Source: Longimicrobiales bacterium (GTDB taxonomy: Bacteria > Gemmatimonadota > Gemmatimonadetes > Longimicrobiales > Gaopeijiaceae). From it: a stretch of DNA of 64,000 nt. Both the position numbers and the translations under genes were made by a program. The stretch's first letter is position 1. Each line of letters begins with the position of its first letter. Positions 8,034 to 18,750 of the stretch are shown here, in pieces. The notes under the pieces are model-generated. The model saw only the letters and a program-made list of their open reading frames with translations. It was not told where the DNA came from and did no database searches. The stretch lies in contig OZ250165.1 of NCBI GenBank assembly GCA_965238005.1, positions 3,968,001 to 4,032,000 on the forward strand. The letters run 5' to 3'.

Positions 8034-9431
8034 CTACCCTTCAGGAAGCCCGGGCTCCGTCATTTTTCGGACGTTGAGCGCCTCGTCCACCTTCTCGGGC
8101 GCCATCAGCTCCCGCTTCTCCACCACCTCGCGGACCGAAAGCCCGTCACGGGCGGCCTCCTTCGCTACCTCAGCGGCCTTGTCGTATCCGATGTAGGGAT
8201 TGAGCGCCGTGGCGATGGACGGGTTCTTCTCGAGAAGCTCCCTGGTCCTCTCCTCGTTTGCTTCGATTCCCGCCACGCATCGGTCCGCGAAGGTCGTGGC
8301 CATGTTCGCCAGGAGTGTCACCGACTCCAGCAGCGCATGGGCCATGACCGGCATCATCACGTTCAGCTCGAAGTTCCCCCGCTGGCCGGCGATGGTCACG
8401 GTCGTGTGGTTCCCCATGACCCGGGCCGCCACCATCATCATGGCTTCGGACATGACGGGGTTCACCTTCCCGGGCATGATGGAGCTCCCCGGCTGAATCG
8501 CGGGGATACGGATCTCGGAGATGCCCGAGGTCGGCCCGCTGGCCAACCATCGTAGATCGTCGGCGATCTTGAAGAAGCTGGTGGCGATCGTGTTCAGCGT
8601 GCCGGCTGCATTGACCACGGCATCTTTGGCGGCCTGGGCCTCGAAGTGGTTCTCGGCCTCACGGAAATCCAGCCCCAGGTCCTCGGATATCCGCGCGATG
8701 GTCTTAGCTGCGAACTCGGGGTGGGTGTTGATCCCCGTGCCCACGGCGGTCCCACCCAAGGCCAGCTCGGCGAGCTCGGCCGAGGCAGCGCGCACCCGCT
8801 CGATACCCTTGGTGAGCTGGTGGGCGTAGCCGCCGAACTGCTGTCCGAGCCGGACGGGTGTGGCGTCCATCAGGTGGGTGCGACCCGACTTGAGCACGTG
8901 ATCGAAGGCCTCCGTCTTGGCCGCCAGGGCGTCCCTCAGGTGGGTGAGCGCGGGGATGAGCTCCCGTTCCATGGCCACCCGGGACGAAATGTGGATTGCC
9001 GAGGGGATGGTGTCGTTCGAAGACTGGCCGAAGTTCACGTGGTCGTTGGGATGCACCCGACCCACCTCCCCGCCGAGGATCTGATCGGCACGGTGCGCCA
9101 CCACTTCATTGGTGTTCATGTTGGTGGAGGTGCCCGATCCCGTCTGATAGATGTCGAGCACGAACTCGTCATCCCACTTCCCGGCCGCCACCTCGTCGGC
9201 CGCCGCCGCGATCGCCTCGGCGGTCTCGGTGTCGAGGGTGCCCAGCTCCAGATTGGTCAGGGCCGCACACTTCTTGATGAGCCCCATGGCCTGGATGAAG
9301 CCCCGGCCGAAGCGCTGCCCGCTGATCGGAAAGTTCTCGAACGCCCTCTGCGTCTGGGCCCCGTACAGCGCATCGCTGGGAACGCGTACCTCCCCCAGGG
9401 AGTCTCGTTCTATGCGATAACCGTCGGACAT
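8034..9431 (-). CDS. fumC: Class II fumarate hydratase
   Basis: YGAQTQRA, QTGSGTSTNMNTNE, HPNDHVN.GQSSND, GRTHLMDA and GSSIMPGKVNP. Confidence 0.93.
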   Translation of the reverse strand: MSDGYRIERDSLGEVRVPSDALYGAQTQRAFENFPISGQRFGRGFIQAMGLIKKCAALTNLELGTLDTETAEAIAAAADEVAAGKWDDEFVLDIYQTGSGTSTNMNTNEVVAHRADQILGGEVGRVHPNDHVNFGQSSNDTIPSAIHISSRVAMERELIPALTHLRDALAAKTEAFDHVLKSGRTHLMDATPVRLGQQFGGYAHQLTKGIERVRAASAELAELALGGTAVGTGINTHPEFAAKTIARISEDLGLDFREAENHFEAQAAKDAVVNAAGTLNTIATSFFKIADDLRWLASGPTSGISEIRIPAIQPGSSIMPGKVNPVMSEAMMMVAARVMGNHTTVTIAGQRGNFELNVMMPVMAHALLESVTLLANMATTFADRCVAGIEANEERTRELLEKNPSIATALNPYIGYDKAAEVAKEAARDGLSVREVVEKRELMAPEKVDEALNVRKMTEPGLPEG

Positions 9432-9530
9432 GCCTGCCTCATGGTCGTGTACGTGGAGATCTCAAGGTCTGGAGTACCCCGATGCCCCCGCATCGCGCCC
9501 CGCAGCCGAGCACCGGCCCGGGCTGGACCA

Positions 9531-10247
9531 TCAGCGCTTGGGTGGCCGGCTGGGCCGCATCTCCACCCGGCTGACCAGAGAGCTGTCGGGATATGAGAGA
9601 AGGTGCAGGGTCGCGGCAGCCACGTCGTCCACGCCCAGGGCCCACTCCCTGCTAGCACCGACCTCGTGATCCGCAAACGTCGTGTTCACACTACCAGGCA
9701 TGATGATGCTCACCCGGATTCCCGAGTGGCGCAGATCCAGCATCATGGCCTCCGTCATGCCCAGCAGACCGAACTTGCTGGCGTTGTAGCCGGTGCCACC
9801 AGCGAAGGAATTCCGGGAGGCGAGGGAGCCGATGTTGATGATCCACCCCTGCGTCGCCGTCAGATGCGGAACCGCGGCCTGCGAACAGCAGAACACCCCC
9901 CGAAGGTTGGTGTCGATCTGGGTCTGCCAGTCGTCGATGGAGAGCTCCTCGATGGAGCCGAAGATCCCGACGCCCGCGTTGTTGACCAGCACGTCCAGAC
10001 GATCCAGCTCCTGAACGGCGGCTCCGATGAGGCGGCCGCACTCGTCCGATCGGCTCACGTCCGCCGGGACTCCCACCACCCGCCCCGAGCCCGAGCCATC
10101 CAGCTCGGCAGCAACGCGCTCCACGTCTCCGGCCGTGCGAGCGCTCACCACCACGTCGGCGCCGGCGGTCGCGAGAGCCTCGGCAATGGCGCGGCCGACA
10201 CCCTTGGTGGCTCCGGTAACGATGCACGCCCTGCCTGCGAGATCCAT
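9531..10247 (-). CDS. SDR family oxidoreductase
   Basis: TGATKGVG, NNAG and YNASK motifs. Confidence 0.93.
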   Translation of the reverse strand: MDLAGRACIVTGATKGVGRAIAEALATAGADVVVSARTAGDVERVAAELDGSGSGRVVGVPADVSRSDECGRLIGAAVQELDRLDVLVNNAGVGIFGSIEELSIDDWQTQIDTNLRGVFCCSQAAVPHLTATQGWIINIGSLASRNSFAGGTGYNASKFGLLGMTEAMMLDLRHSGIRVSIIMPGSVNTTFADHEVGASREWALGVDDVAAATLHLLSYPDSSLVSRVEMRPSRPPKR

Positions 10248-10249
10248 CG

Positions 10250-11251
10250 TCAATTCTCCGCGCCGACGGCGGCCGTGACGCTCTCCGCTCCCCCGTGGGC
10301 CAGCCAGCGCTCCGCGTCGAGAGCGGCCATGCAGCCGGTCCCTGCCGCCGTTACGGCCTGCTTGTAGTAGTCGTCCATTGCGTCACCGGCAGCGAACACT
10401 CCGGGCACCGATGTCTCGGTGCGCCACGGCACGGGTGTCTCGATCCATCCGTTGGCCTTGAGCTCCACCTGCTCACCCAGGAACTCCGTGTTGGGTGTGT
10501 GGCCGATGGCCACGAACAGCCCACCCACGTCGAGGCGGCGCTCCTCACCCGTCTGGGTGTCCTGAAGGATCACCCCGGTGATCACGTCGTCGCCCAGGAC
10601 CTCGGTCACCACGTGGTTCCACTCGAAGCGGATCTTCTCTTCGGCGAAGGCTCGATCCTGCATGATCTTCGACGCCCGGAGCTCGTCCCGCCGGTGCACC
10701 ACCACGACCTCTTCGGCGAACTTCGCCATGTATAGGGCGTCCTCCATGGCGCTGTCGCCTCCTCCCACGATAGCAATGACCTGGTCGCGGAAGTGGGGGA
10801 GCGCGCCGTCGCACACGGCGCAGGCCGACACCCCTCCGCCGCTCTGGGCCAGACGCTCCTCGTTTGGAAGCCCGATCCAGCGGGCGTTCGCGCCCGTGGC
10901 AATGATCACCGTGTCGCTCTCGATCTCGGCGCCACCGCTCGTCTTCAGGAGTAAGGGGCGCACCGAGAAATCGACCTCAACGACGTCCTCCGTGACGACC
11001 CGAGTGTCGAAACGGAGCGCCTGGGCCTTGAAGTCCGCCATCATCTCGAACCCCGTGATGCCCTCCGGAAAGCCGGGATAGTTCTCCACCTCCGTGGTAT
11101 ACATCAGCTGTCCGCCGGGGATCATGGTCCTGCTCACGGCGCCCTCGAGAACGAAGGGGCTCAGGCTGGCCCGAGCCGCATAGATCGCGGCGGTCCAGGC
11201 AGCCGGACCCGATCCGATGATGACGACTTGTTCGTGTTGGTGCTCAGACAT
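10250..11251 (-). CDS. trxB: Thioredoxin reductase
   Basis: [37 protein letters not shown] and [10 protein letters not shown]. Confidence 0.96.
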   Translation of the reverse strand: MSEHQHEQVVIIGSGPAAWTAAIYAARASLSPFVLEGAVSRTMIPGGQLMYTTEVENYPGFPEGITGFEMMADFKAQALRFDTRVVTEDVVEVDFSVRPLLLKTSGGAEIESDTVIIATGANARWIGLPNEERLAQSGGGVSACAVCDGALPHFRDQVIAIVGGGDSAMEDALYMAKFAEEVVVVHRRDELRASKIMQDRAFAEEKIRFEWNHVVTEVLGDDVITGVILQDTQTGEERRLDVGGLFVAIGHTPNTEFLGEQVELKANGWIETPVPWRTETSVPGVFAAGDAMDDYYKQAVTAAGTGCMAALDAERWLAHGGAESVTAAVGAEN

Positions 11252-11279
11252 GGTTCCATTCTGGGGTGTGCCTTGGCCC

Positions 11280-12287
11280 CTACTTGTCCTTGAAGATAGC
11301 AAGGTTCGTGGAGTGGCCAGGATTCACGCGGGCCTCAGGGTCCAGGTAGTTCACCGCGTTGTTCACGGCAATGGCGGCTTCGGCGTAGCCCGTGGCGATG
11401 AGATCAAGCTTGCCCGGATAGGACACGAGATCGCCGGCAGCGTAGATACCCGGAATCGACGTCTCCATGAGCTGGCTGACCACGATCCTGTTCCCCTCGA
11501 GCTCGAGACCCCACGACTTGATGGGCCCCAGGTCGGGCTTGAATCCCAGCAAGCAGAGCACCGCGTCGACGTCCAGATCGACGTCCTCGTCCGTTCGGTT
11601 GTCGTATATGGTCACGGATTCGACCGCACTGTTGCCGCGGATCTCTCGGACCTCGTAAAAGGTCTTCAGATCGATGTCACCGGCCTCGTGAGCGGCGTGG
11701 AGCTGATCAACCGACGCCTCGTGGGCCCGGAAGGCGTCCCGGCGATGCACCATCGTGAGCCGTGCGGCCCGGTTCTTCAGGCTGAGCGCCCAGTCCAGCG
11801 CGGAGTCGCCACCCCCGACGATGAGGACCTTCTTGCCTAAGTAGTCGTCGGGGTCCTTCACCGCGTAGTAGATGCCCTTGCCGAGCAGATCGTCATACCC
11901 GGGGCACTTGAGGTGACGGGGTTCGAAAGCGCCTTTGCCGCCGGCGATGAGCACGGACCTGCTCCCGTACTCTCGGTTCCGGCACCCTAGTACGAAGTGC
12001 TCTCCGTCCCTCTCCAGGTCGCCGATCTCTTCATCCAGGACCACGTCGGGATCGAACTGGAGTCCCTGGGTGGCCATGTCCCGAGCCAGGTCTTTGGCCA
12101 GGATCTTGGGAATGCCGCCCACGTCGAAGATGTATTTCTCGGGGTAGAGGGCCATGAGCTGGCCCCCCAGCTCGGGGAGGGAGTCGATGATGCGGGTCGA
12201 AATCCCCCTCATCCCCGCGTAGAAGGCGCCGAAGAGGCCGGTGGGTCCGCCTCCGATGATCGTGATGTCCCGTACGTCGTGGTGCAT
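11280..12287 (-). CDS. TrxB-type ferredoxin-NADP+ reductase (YumC-like)
   Basis: [46 protein letters not shown] and C-terminal PGHST; no CxxC. Confidence 0.92.
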   Translation of the reverse strand: MHHDVRDITIIGGGPTGLFGAFYAGMRGISTRIIDSLPELGGQLMALYPEKYIFDVGGIPKILAKDLARDMATQGLQFDPDVVLDEEIGDLERDGEHFVLGCRNREYGSRSVLIAGGKGAFEPRHLKCPGYDDLLGKGIYYAVKDPDDYLGKKVLIVGGGDSALDWALSLKNRAARLTMVHRRDAFRAHEASVDQLHAAHEAGDIDLKTFYEVREIRGNSAVESVTIYDNRTDEDVDLDVDAVLCLLGFKPDLGPIKSWGLELEGNRIVVSQLMETSIPGIYAAGDLVSYPGKLDLIATGYAEAAIAVNNAVNYLDPEARVNPGHSTNLAIFKDK

Positions 12288-12440
12288 GGTCTAGATGAGG
12301 GGTCAGATGCAGACGGGTGGCCGTCGGTTCTCGAAGAAGTAGGAGCCTAGAAGTCTAACTTCGGACCAGGGGACCTCCAACCGGACTTCGAGCCATGAAG
12401 GTCGTCGAGGAGACCGGAGTTCCTAGTCCGTTACAGACCA

Positions 12441-13703
12441 CTAGGCCCCTTCTACGGGCCCGGCTGCCCCGCCAGAGAAGAGCTCCGAATCGCGGTACTG
12501 ATCGAGCCCGCGCACGACGAGGAGCTTGACGCCCGCGGCGGCGGGCACGCCCATCAGAAGGCCGACGAATCCGCAGAAGAAACCCCCCACGGACAGGGCA
12601 AGGACGATCCAGACGGGGTGGAGCCCTACGGATTCGCCGACGATCCGCGGGCTGATGAAGCTGCCTTCCAGGATCTGTGTAGAGCCGAACACGGCGGCCA
12701 CTTTGATGAGGGACGTCACCACGTTGCCGCTGACCAGAGCGACGATGATCGCTGGAATGATGCTGAGAACGATCCCCAGGAAGGGAATGAGCCCGAGGAC
12801 GCCGACCAACGCACCCAACAGGAAGGGATAGGGAAACCGGACCACGAAGAGGAGCACGCCCGTGAGGAGCCCGAGAATGACCGCCACGGTGACCTGCCCT
12901 CGTAGGTACTTCGCCAGAAGGGTGTCGTATTCCGTGGCGAAGTCTACGATGGCCGCTTCGCGAGAGCGCGGAAGGATCCCCCGGATCCGGGTGACGATCT
13001 TGTCGTAGTCCCGGAGCAGATAGAAGGTGAGGACAGGCGTGAGGACCACGTACCCGGCCAGCGTCGCCGCCGATCCGAGTCCCCTGCCGAGGCCCAGAAC
13101 GCTCGCCCACGCTCCGCTCGCCAAGCTCAAGCGCCGCTCCTGCAGGAAGGTCACGACCCGCCCGGGATCGAGGGTGCGGAGGTCCGGGAGGGACCCCTCG
13201 TCCAGGCCGGGGATGTTGGCGAGGAGGATCCGCTCCCGTAGCGCGCTGACCCATCCGCCCACTCGATCCAGGAGCGTGGGGGCCGCCTCGATAAGCTGGT
13301 CCACCTGTACGATCAAAGCCGGGATCCCGAAGAGCACCAGAACCACACCGAGGCCCACCACGGGCAGAGAAAGAATCACGATACCCAGCGTGCGGCCGAC
13401 GCCGCGACCCTCGAGGCCGTCCACCAGCGGATCCAGCACGTATGCCAGGACGAAGCCCAGGACGAAGGGCGCCAGCAAGAAGCCCGTGGTAGCGAGCAGC
13501 CAGTAGAGTGTGAGGATAGCGGCCACGAAGACGAGCAGCCCATGCCCCTGTACGCCCCGGAACGGGAGCAGGACCACCACCAGGATCCAAAAGAGAAGGA
13601 AGGGGTTCAGCAGGCCCCAGACGCTGAACAGGAAAAGGCCGAGTACCAGTAGGGCTGCGACGGCTTGAGCCACCCTCCAGACGGACTGCGCGCTGGTCGT
13701 CAT
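12441..13703 (-). CDS. AI-2E family transporter
   Basis: Multi-TM; LAYVLDPLV, YLRGQ and PRIVGESVGLHP. Confidence 0.92.
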   Translation of the reverse strand: MTTSAQSVWRVAQAVAALLVLGLFLFSVWGLLNPFLLFWILVVVLLPFRGVQGHGLLVFVAAILTLYWLLATTGFLLAPFVLGFVLAYVLDPLVDGLEGRGVGRTLGIVILSLPVVGLGVVLVLFGIPALIVQVDQLIEAAPTLLDRVGGWVSALRERILLANIPGLDEGSLPDLRTLDPGRVVTFLQERRLSLASGAWASVLGLGRGLGSAATLAGYVVLTPVLTFYLLRDYDKIVTRIRGILPRSREAAIVDFATEYDTLLAKYLRGQVTVAVILGLLTGVLLFVVRFPYPFLLGALVGVLGLIPFLGIVLSIIPAIIVALVSGNVVTSLIKVAAVFGSTQILEGSFISPRIVGESVGLHPVWIVLALSVGGFFCGFVGLLMGVPAAAGVKLLVVRGLDQYRDSELFSGGAAGPVEGA

Positions 13704-14152
13704 ATCATGCCGGTCACTTCATCCGATTCGAGGACTTCCGCCGCCCTTTCCACTACCTGGCGCGCGTTGTCATAGGCTACCGTCGTGATGGCCTCCCGCA
13801 CGGGCAGCCACAGGCACTCGGTGATTCCCTCCTTTACCTCGGGCTCGGTGTCTCCGTCCCTGGAGGCCATGAAGAAATATTCACAGAACTTATGGATCAG
13901 ATCGCCCTTCAGCCGAAAGTACCAATCGATGGTTCCCAGGGACGGGCCCAACTCGAGCTGGTCGAGCCCCGTCTCCTCGCTGACCTCGCGAACGGCCGCC
14001 TCTTCCGGGCTCTCTTCACCCTCGAGATGGCCCTTGGGCAATCCCCACTTGCCGTAGGGATCCTTGATGAGCAGGAAGTGCACCGAGTCCCCGATGCGGC
14101 GCGCCACCACGCCGCCGGAGCTGCGCTCTGTCCTCGCCCGGGGCCTCGCCAT
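13700..14152 (-). CDS. NUDIX hydrolase (Ap4A hydrolase-like)
   Basis: WGLPKGHLEGEESPEEAAVREVSEETG Nudix box. Confidence 0.93.
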   Translation of the reverse strand: MARPRARTERSSGGVVARRIGDSVHFLLIKDPYGKWGLPKGHLEGEESPEEAAVREVSEETGLDQLELGPSLGTIDWYFRLKGDLIHKFCEYFFMASRDGDTEPEVKEGITECLWLPVREAITTVAYDNARQVVERAAEVLESDEVTGMI

Positions 14153-14170
14153 CGATTCCGTGGTAACCGG

Positions 14171-15181
14171 TTAGAAGATGGAGAGTCGCACGTACTTGCG
14201 CGGATTCGCCCGGAGATCCTGCATGAGGAGGTTGAGCTCCTCCAGCAGATCCTCGGCTCGAATCGCCAACGCCGTGTCGGAGATGAGCCGGCCCAGTGAT
14301 CCCTCTCCCCTCTCCACCCTTGCCGTGATGCGGCTCAGGGCCAACATGGTCGAGTCGGCGAGAGCCAGAGTCTCGGTGAGACTCGTCGACGCGGAGGAGA
14401 CCTCGCCGGACACCCCCCTCAGGTCGGTCGTGATGACCCGTGCATTGGCGATGATGGAGTCCACGTCCCCGGAGGAGAGCACGCCATCGATGCGCTCCAG
14501 GGAACTCCGAGCGTGCGTCAGCGCCGCGGCGATCTCCCTGGTAGACGTCCTGACCTCGTCGGCGATGCCGGTGAACTGGGCCGACTGCTCGTCGACCACG
14601 TCGCGTAGGGTGGAGGTGAGCTTCTGCATGTTGTCGATGGCCTGAGCGAGCTGATCGGCAGATTCGTCGCTGAAAGCACGATCGAAGCGATCAGTGAGGG
14701 ATGCCAGGTTCTGGGCCACCTCGTCGGCGACCGCCGTCAGGCGCGAGAGGTCGGGGAGCGTATAGCCGCCCAGCACGCGGATCCCGGCCTGGAATCGCGC
14801 GTCGGCCGGGACCTCGTAGAAATCGAAGCGGGGAAAGCGGGATCGCGTAACGATCTCGGCCTGCCAGTCCCCGAACATGGACTCGGGCGCGATGACGACC
14901 ACGGCGTCCTGCTCGAGGATCCAGTCTCCCTCGAGCAGAAGCTCGATCCGCACGGCGGCGCGGCTGGGGTCGACGGTGATGTCGCCCACCCGCCCGATGC
15001 TCACCCCCCTGAACTTAACCCCGTTTCCGACAGCGAGCTGACCCGCGTCCCGTATCAGAACGTGGATCTCCGTCTGCGTGCGGCCGAAGCGCGTGCCCTT
15101 CAGCCAAAGTGTGCCGAAGACCCCGACGAACAGTCCCATAAGCACCACCGAGCCCACAAGCAGCTCCCGGCGGCGGGTCAC
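14171..15181 (-). CDS. mlaD: MCE/MlaD family protein
   Basis: N-terminal TM, GNGVKFRGVSIGRVGDI MCE motif, helical region, GSLGRLI...NPRKY C-terminus. Confidence 0.88.
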   Translation of the reverse strand: MTRRRELLVGSVVLMGLFVGVFGTLWLKGTRFGRTQTEIHVLIRDAGQLAVGNGVKFRGVSIGRVGDITVDPSRAAVRIELLLEGDWILEQDAVVVIAPESMFGDWQAEIVTRSRFPRFDFYEVPADARFQAGIRVLGGYTLPDLSRLTAVADEVAQNLASLTDRFDRAFSDESADQLAQAIDNMQKLTSTLRDVVDEQSAQFTGIADEVRTSTREIAAALTHARSSLERIDGVLSSGDVDSIIANARVITTDLRGVSGEVSSASTSLTETLALADSTMLALSRITARVERGEGSLGRLISDTALAIRAEDLLEELNLLMQDLRANPRKYVRLSIF

Positions 15182-15927
15182 TGCACGGACTCCATCAACT
15201 CCGGCCGTCCCTCGATGAACGCCTTAAGGAGCGGATCGGCAGACTCGCGGATCTCGCCCACGGTACCGATGGTGCGGAGGCAACCGTCGTGGAGCATTGC
15301 GATCCGGTCGGAGATGCGGTAGGCGCTCTCCATATCGTGTGTGATGACGATGCCGGTCACACCCAACTCCTCGCTCATCCGAATGATGAGCCGGTCGATG
15401 ATGGTCACGGTGATCGGATCGAGCCCGGTCGTCGGCTCATCGTACAACAGGTACTTGGGCCGCGTCGCGATGGCCCGGGCCAGGCCCGCCCTCTTCACCA
15501 TACCCCCCGAAAGCTCTGATGGGTAGCGCCCCTCGACCCCCTGGAGATCGACCAGCGCGAGGCACTCACCCACCCGGGCTCGGATCTCCTCCTCGTACAT
15601 GTCGGGGATGCGCCGGAGCCCCATGGCCACGTTGTCGGCGATGGTCATGGAGTCGAAGAGGGCCGCGAATTGGAAGACGTATCCCACCGTCCGACGCAGC
15701 TCAGCGAGATCATCCCCCTCGAGCTCGGCCACGTTCTGCCCGTCGACCCAGACCTCGCCACGATCCGGCTGGATGAGCCGCAACACGTGCTTGAGCGTGA
15801 CGGACTTCCCGGCCCCCGAGGCTCCAATGATGCTCAACGTCTCACCGTCGAGGACCTCCAGGGAGAACCCCCGGAGAATCTCCTTCGGCCCGAACGCCTT
15901 GTAGACGTCCTTGAGTTGGATGCTCAA
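15178..15927 (-). CDS. mlaF: MlaF-like ABC transporter ATP-binding protein
   Basis: TTG start overlapping the mlaE stop; GASGAGKS, FQFAALFDS, LSGGM, LLYDEPT and ITHD. Confidence 0.9.
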   Translation of the reverse strand: MSIQLKDVYKAFGPKEILRGFSLEVLDGETLSIIGASGAGKSVTLKHVLRLIQPDRGEVWVDGQNVAELEGDDLAELRRTVGYVFQFAALFDSMTIADNVAMGLRRIPDMYEEEIRARVGECLALVDLQGVEGRYPSELSGGMVKRAGLARAIATRPKYLLYDEPTTGLDPITVTIIDRLIIRMSEELGVTGIVITHDMESAYRISDRIAMLHDGCLRTIGTVGEIRESADPLLKAFIEGRPELMESVQ

Positions 15928-16706
15928 AGCAGCACCAGCGCCCAGAAAGCGTCCAGGACCAGAATCAGCATGCTCGCCAGCACTACCGAGCGCGTTGCGG
16001 AGATGCCGACACCCGCGGCTCCGCCACTCGTATGGAACCCGTAGAACGAACCCACGCCCGTGACGATGAGACCGAAGCTCGTGCTCTTGATCGCGGCGAA
16101 CTGCACGTCCCACGGCTCGAAGGCGAACCTGAGTCCCTTCACGAACTCGGCGCTCGACATGTCGAGCAGTGCCATGGAGGCTGCCCAGCCCGCCACGACT
16201 CCCATGGCGGTAGCGAGGATGACGACCACGGGGAACATGAGGATGCCCGCCAGCACTCGCGGCACGACCAGATAGGCCAGCGGATCGTAGGCCAGCGTCT
16301 CCAGAGCGTCGATCTGCTCGGTGACGCGCATGGTACCGATCTCCGCCGATATGCTGGCCCCCACTCGACCGGCCAGGGAGAGACCGGTCAGCACCGGTCC
16401 CAGCTCCAGGATCATCGTCTTTCCGACCAGTGTGCCGACAAAGTACATGGGGACGGCGCCCGTGATGGTGTACGAGGCCTGAAGCGCAAGAACGATGCCG
16501 GTGAAGGTCGCGATGAAGAGGGCGATGGGAACGGAGGCGACACCGACGGCCACCATCTGCGGCATCAGTTGCGGTCCCCAGATCTCGACGTTCTTCAGGG
16601 CACGCGTGGCCCCGGCGGCGAGGTACCCGGCCTTCCCCAGCGATCGGACCGCCCCCAGCGTCCAGCGGCCGAGATACCTCACGGGAGCCACGATGATGCC
16701 GTTCAT
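15924..16706 (-). CDS. mlaE: MlaE family ABC permease
   Basis: ELGPVLTG...GRVGASISAEIGTMRVTEQIDALE. Confidence 0.93.
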   Translation of the reverse strand: MNGIIVAPVRYLGRWTLGAVRSLGKAGYLAAGATRALKNVEIWGPQLMPQMVAVGVASVPIALFIATFTGIVLALQASYTITGAVPMYFVGTLVGKTMILELGPVLTGLSLAGRVGASISAEIGTMRVTEQIDALETLAYDPLAYLVVPRVLAGILMFPVVVILATAMGVVAGWAASMALLDMSSAEFVKGLRFAFEPWDVQFAAIKSTSFGLIVTGVGSFYGFHTSGGAAGVGISATRSVVLASMLILVLDAFWALVLL

Positions 16707-16904
16707 GGACGCAAGATAGCCGAGCCGCGAACACGGTGGCTAGGGCGCCAGGACATGAGTACGGTTACGCACCGAGAGGGCCGAAGCGCTCGATCCGGGG
16801 CACCCGCGCCGGAGGCGTGGGTCAGGCACGAGGAGGAGGAATAGCACCGCGACAATGCGCGTGTGGAGGGGTCGACAGGTGGGGTGGAAAGGGTGCGCCG
16901 TGAC

Positions 16905-17264
16905 TCAGCCGCGTGACGCCATGGGCATGTCGTCTTCCAGCGTATACAAGACTTCTTCGGCGCGGCCGTCCGACCTGGGGACCATGCAGGTAACCTGAAC
17001 CCGGGACACGAGGTGGTACGGGTCCGACACCGCCACCTCCATGTCCAAGCCCTGACCCGGTGACACGATCCGGGTGCGGACCCGCTCTCCGGGGCTCGCC
17101 TCGCGCCTCTTCGCAGGGTTTCGGAAGAGCGTCTTGGTGGACTGCCGGCCACTGTCCAGCGTCCGGGTGACCTTCACCAGCCGAAGCCAGTCCGGCTGAT
17201 AGTTGATCTGGTATTCGAAACCCTGCTGGTCCGCGCCCTTGCCCTCCCGGTTGTGCCTCCCCAT
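16905..17264 (-). CDS. Hypothetical protein (119 aa)
   Basis: GGAGG RBS, coding-like codon usage, and a TTGACA promoter element upstream; no recognisable family. Confidence 0.75.
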   Translation of the reverse strand: MGRHNREGKGADQQGFEYQINYQPDWLRLVKVTRTLDSGRQSTKTLFRNPAKRREASPGERVRTRIVSPGQGLDMEVAVSDPYHLVSRVQVTCMVPRSDGRAEEVLYTLEDDMPMASRG

Positions 17265-17297
17265 GTCGCCTCCGATGAAAATAGCAAAAAAGCGAGA

Positions 17298-17334
17298 GGT
17301 AAACGAATGTTTACCAGATTCACAAAATTGTCAA
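17298..17334 (-). promoter_or_regulatory. TTGACA -35 element and a perfect operator palindrome GGTAAAC-N4-GTTTACC over the -10 region
   Basis: tgtcaa at 17329-17334 on the plus strand; palindrome at 17298-17315; AT-rich island in otherwise high-GC DNA. Confidence 0.6.
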
Positions 17335-17413
17335 GTTTCTTCTCTCGAAAAACCAGAAAGCGCTCTTGGCATTTGATATTTCTCCGCATGTGGCGGAATG
17401 AATTCGCATCGAC

Positions 17414-18574
17414 TTACAAGCGAACGGGGAGCGGGACAAAAGTCAGAAAAAAGATCAAGATGGCCGACCAGGCGATGACGGTCCGGATGGGCCCCAGCAT
17501 CACTTGGGGCTGAAGCACCTTCGGATGAGCAAGGCGTCCGCGACTGACGAGGACGGCGAGTCCAGCCCACAGCCACCAGCCCCACCACAGCCGTCCAAGG
17601 GGGAGCAGGGCCAGCAGGAGAGCGGGCGCCGCCCACCGCTGCACCCCTCTCGAGAGAGCGTACAGGATGTGGCCGCCGTCCAGTTGACCGAACGGAAGCA
17701 GGTTGAGAAAAGTGACGAACAAGCCGAGCCAAGCCGCAAAGGCCACTGGATGGAGGAGAATCGGGTTCACGCCCAGGTCGGCGGGGAAAAAAAGGTAGAG
17801 GATCCCCTGCACCAGGAAGCCCGAGCCCAACCGGATTGGCTGGCCCGCGAACTCCACGACCATGGGCATCCATGCGTCGGCCGGCCCGTTGACCGTTCCC
17901 GAGAGCGCTAGTCCGGCGAAGAGCAAGAGAACGGAGAGGACGAAGCTCGCGATGGGACCGCCGACGCCGATGTCGAGGAGAATGGAGCGCCTCACGAGGG
18001 GCCCGCGTATGCGGATGAAGGCGCCCAGCGTGCCTATGACAGAGTAGTAGGCGGGGAACGGGATGAAGTATGGGAGACTGGCTCGGACCTGGTGCCGTCT
18101 CGCCATGAGGAAATGGCCCATCTCGTGGGCCATCAGGATGGACATCAGCGTGAGGGCGAACGGTACACCGGCCGCCATCCCCACCCAGTCCACCGTGGTT
18201 GGCACCGGAATCCACGCGCTCCCGACGTCGACGAACTCCGTCGCCATGGGATCGATCCCTCGCAGGAGCGCACCCGCCATGAGCATCGTGAAGAACGTAA
18301 GCAGAAGAAGGGCGCCGTGGATCAGCCAGGGCCGGGGCGCCCGTGTCCGGCTCGGTCGCAGCAGAACGACCTCGACACCCTCTTCCGTGTTCGCCAGATA
18401 CGTGGGACCGCCCCAGTCCCCGAGGGCCTCCACGACGACGGTGTCCTCGGCTGTCAGGTCGTCTCTGAGCTCGCCGACGACGAGCTCCGTGTCACCCACC
18501 AGACCCATGCGGTACGTGGCCAAGATGGTCATCCAGGTCCCGGATGCGCTCTTGACCCCCTCGCCGTCTCCCAT
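17414..18574 (-). CDS. Site-2 protease (peptidase M50)
   Basis: HEMGH, GTLGAFI, GPIAS and NLLPFGQLDGGH. Confidence 0.94.
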   Translation of the reverse strand: MGDGEGVKSASGTWMTILATYRMGLVGDTELVVGELRDDLTAEDTVVVEALGDWGGPTYLANTEEGVEVVLLRPSRTRAPRPWLIHGALLLLTFFTMLMAGALLRGIDPMATEFVDVGSAWIPVPTTVDWVGMAAGVPFALTLMSILMAHEMGHFLMARRHQVRASLPYFIPFPAYYSVIGTLGAFIRIRGPLVRRSILLDIGVGGPIASFVLSVLLLFAGLALSGTVNGPADAWMPMVVEFAGQPIRLGSGFLVQGILYLFFPADLGVNPILLHPVAFAAWLGLFVTFLNLLPFGQLDGGHILYALSRGVQRWAAPALLLALLPLGRLWWGWWLWAGLAVLVSRGRLAHPKVLQPQVMLGPIRTVIAWSAILIFFLTFVPLPVRL

Positions 18575-18750
18575 TAGAATCGACTCGATTCCCTCAATAA
18601 ACTCCCACGCTCGGCCCGCGCCGCATGGGCGCGGAACTCTCCATACTCTTCGCAGGTTTTGTTGTCGTGTCGCCCTCCAGCCTGACGCACTAGCCCCCGA
18701 CCTGCCGTCTCGGCCAAGAAGCCGTAGGTGGTGTGTAACCCGGAGTAGAA

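Noticed and set aside
15178..16734. 518-aa ABC ATPase with a long N-terminal extension
   Set aside because: The first ~270 codons are an alternate frame of mlaE; the real start is TTG at 15927.
17270..17410. Replication origin
   Set aside because: AT-rich, but no recognisable DnaA-box cluster and no dnaA/dnaN context.
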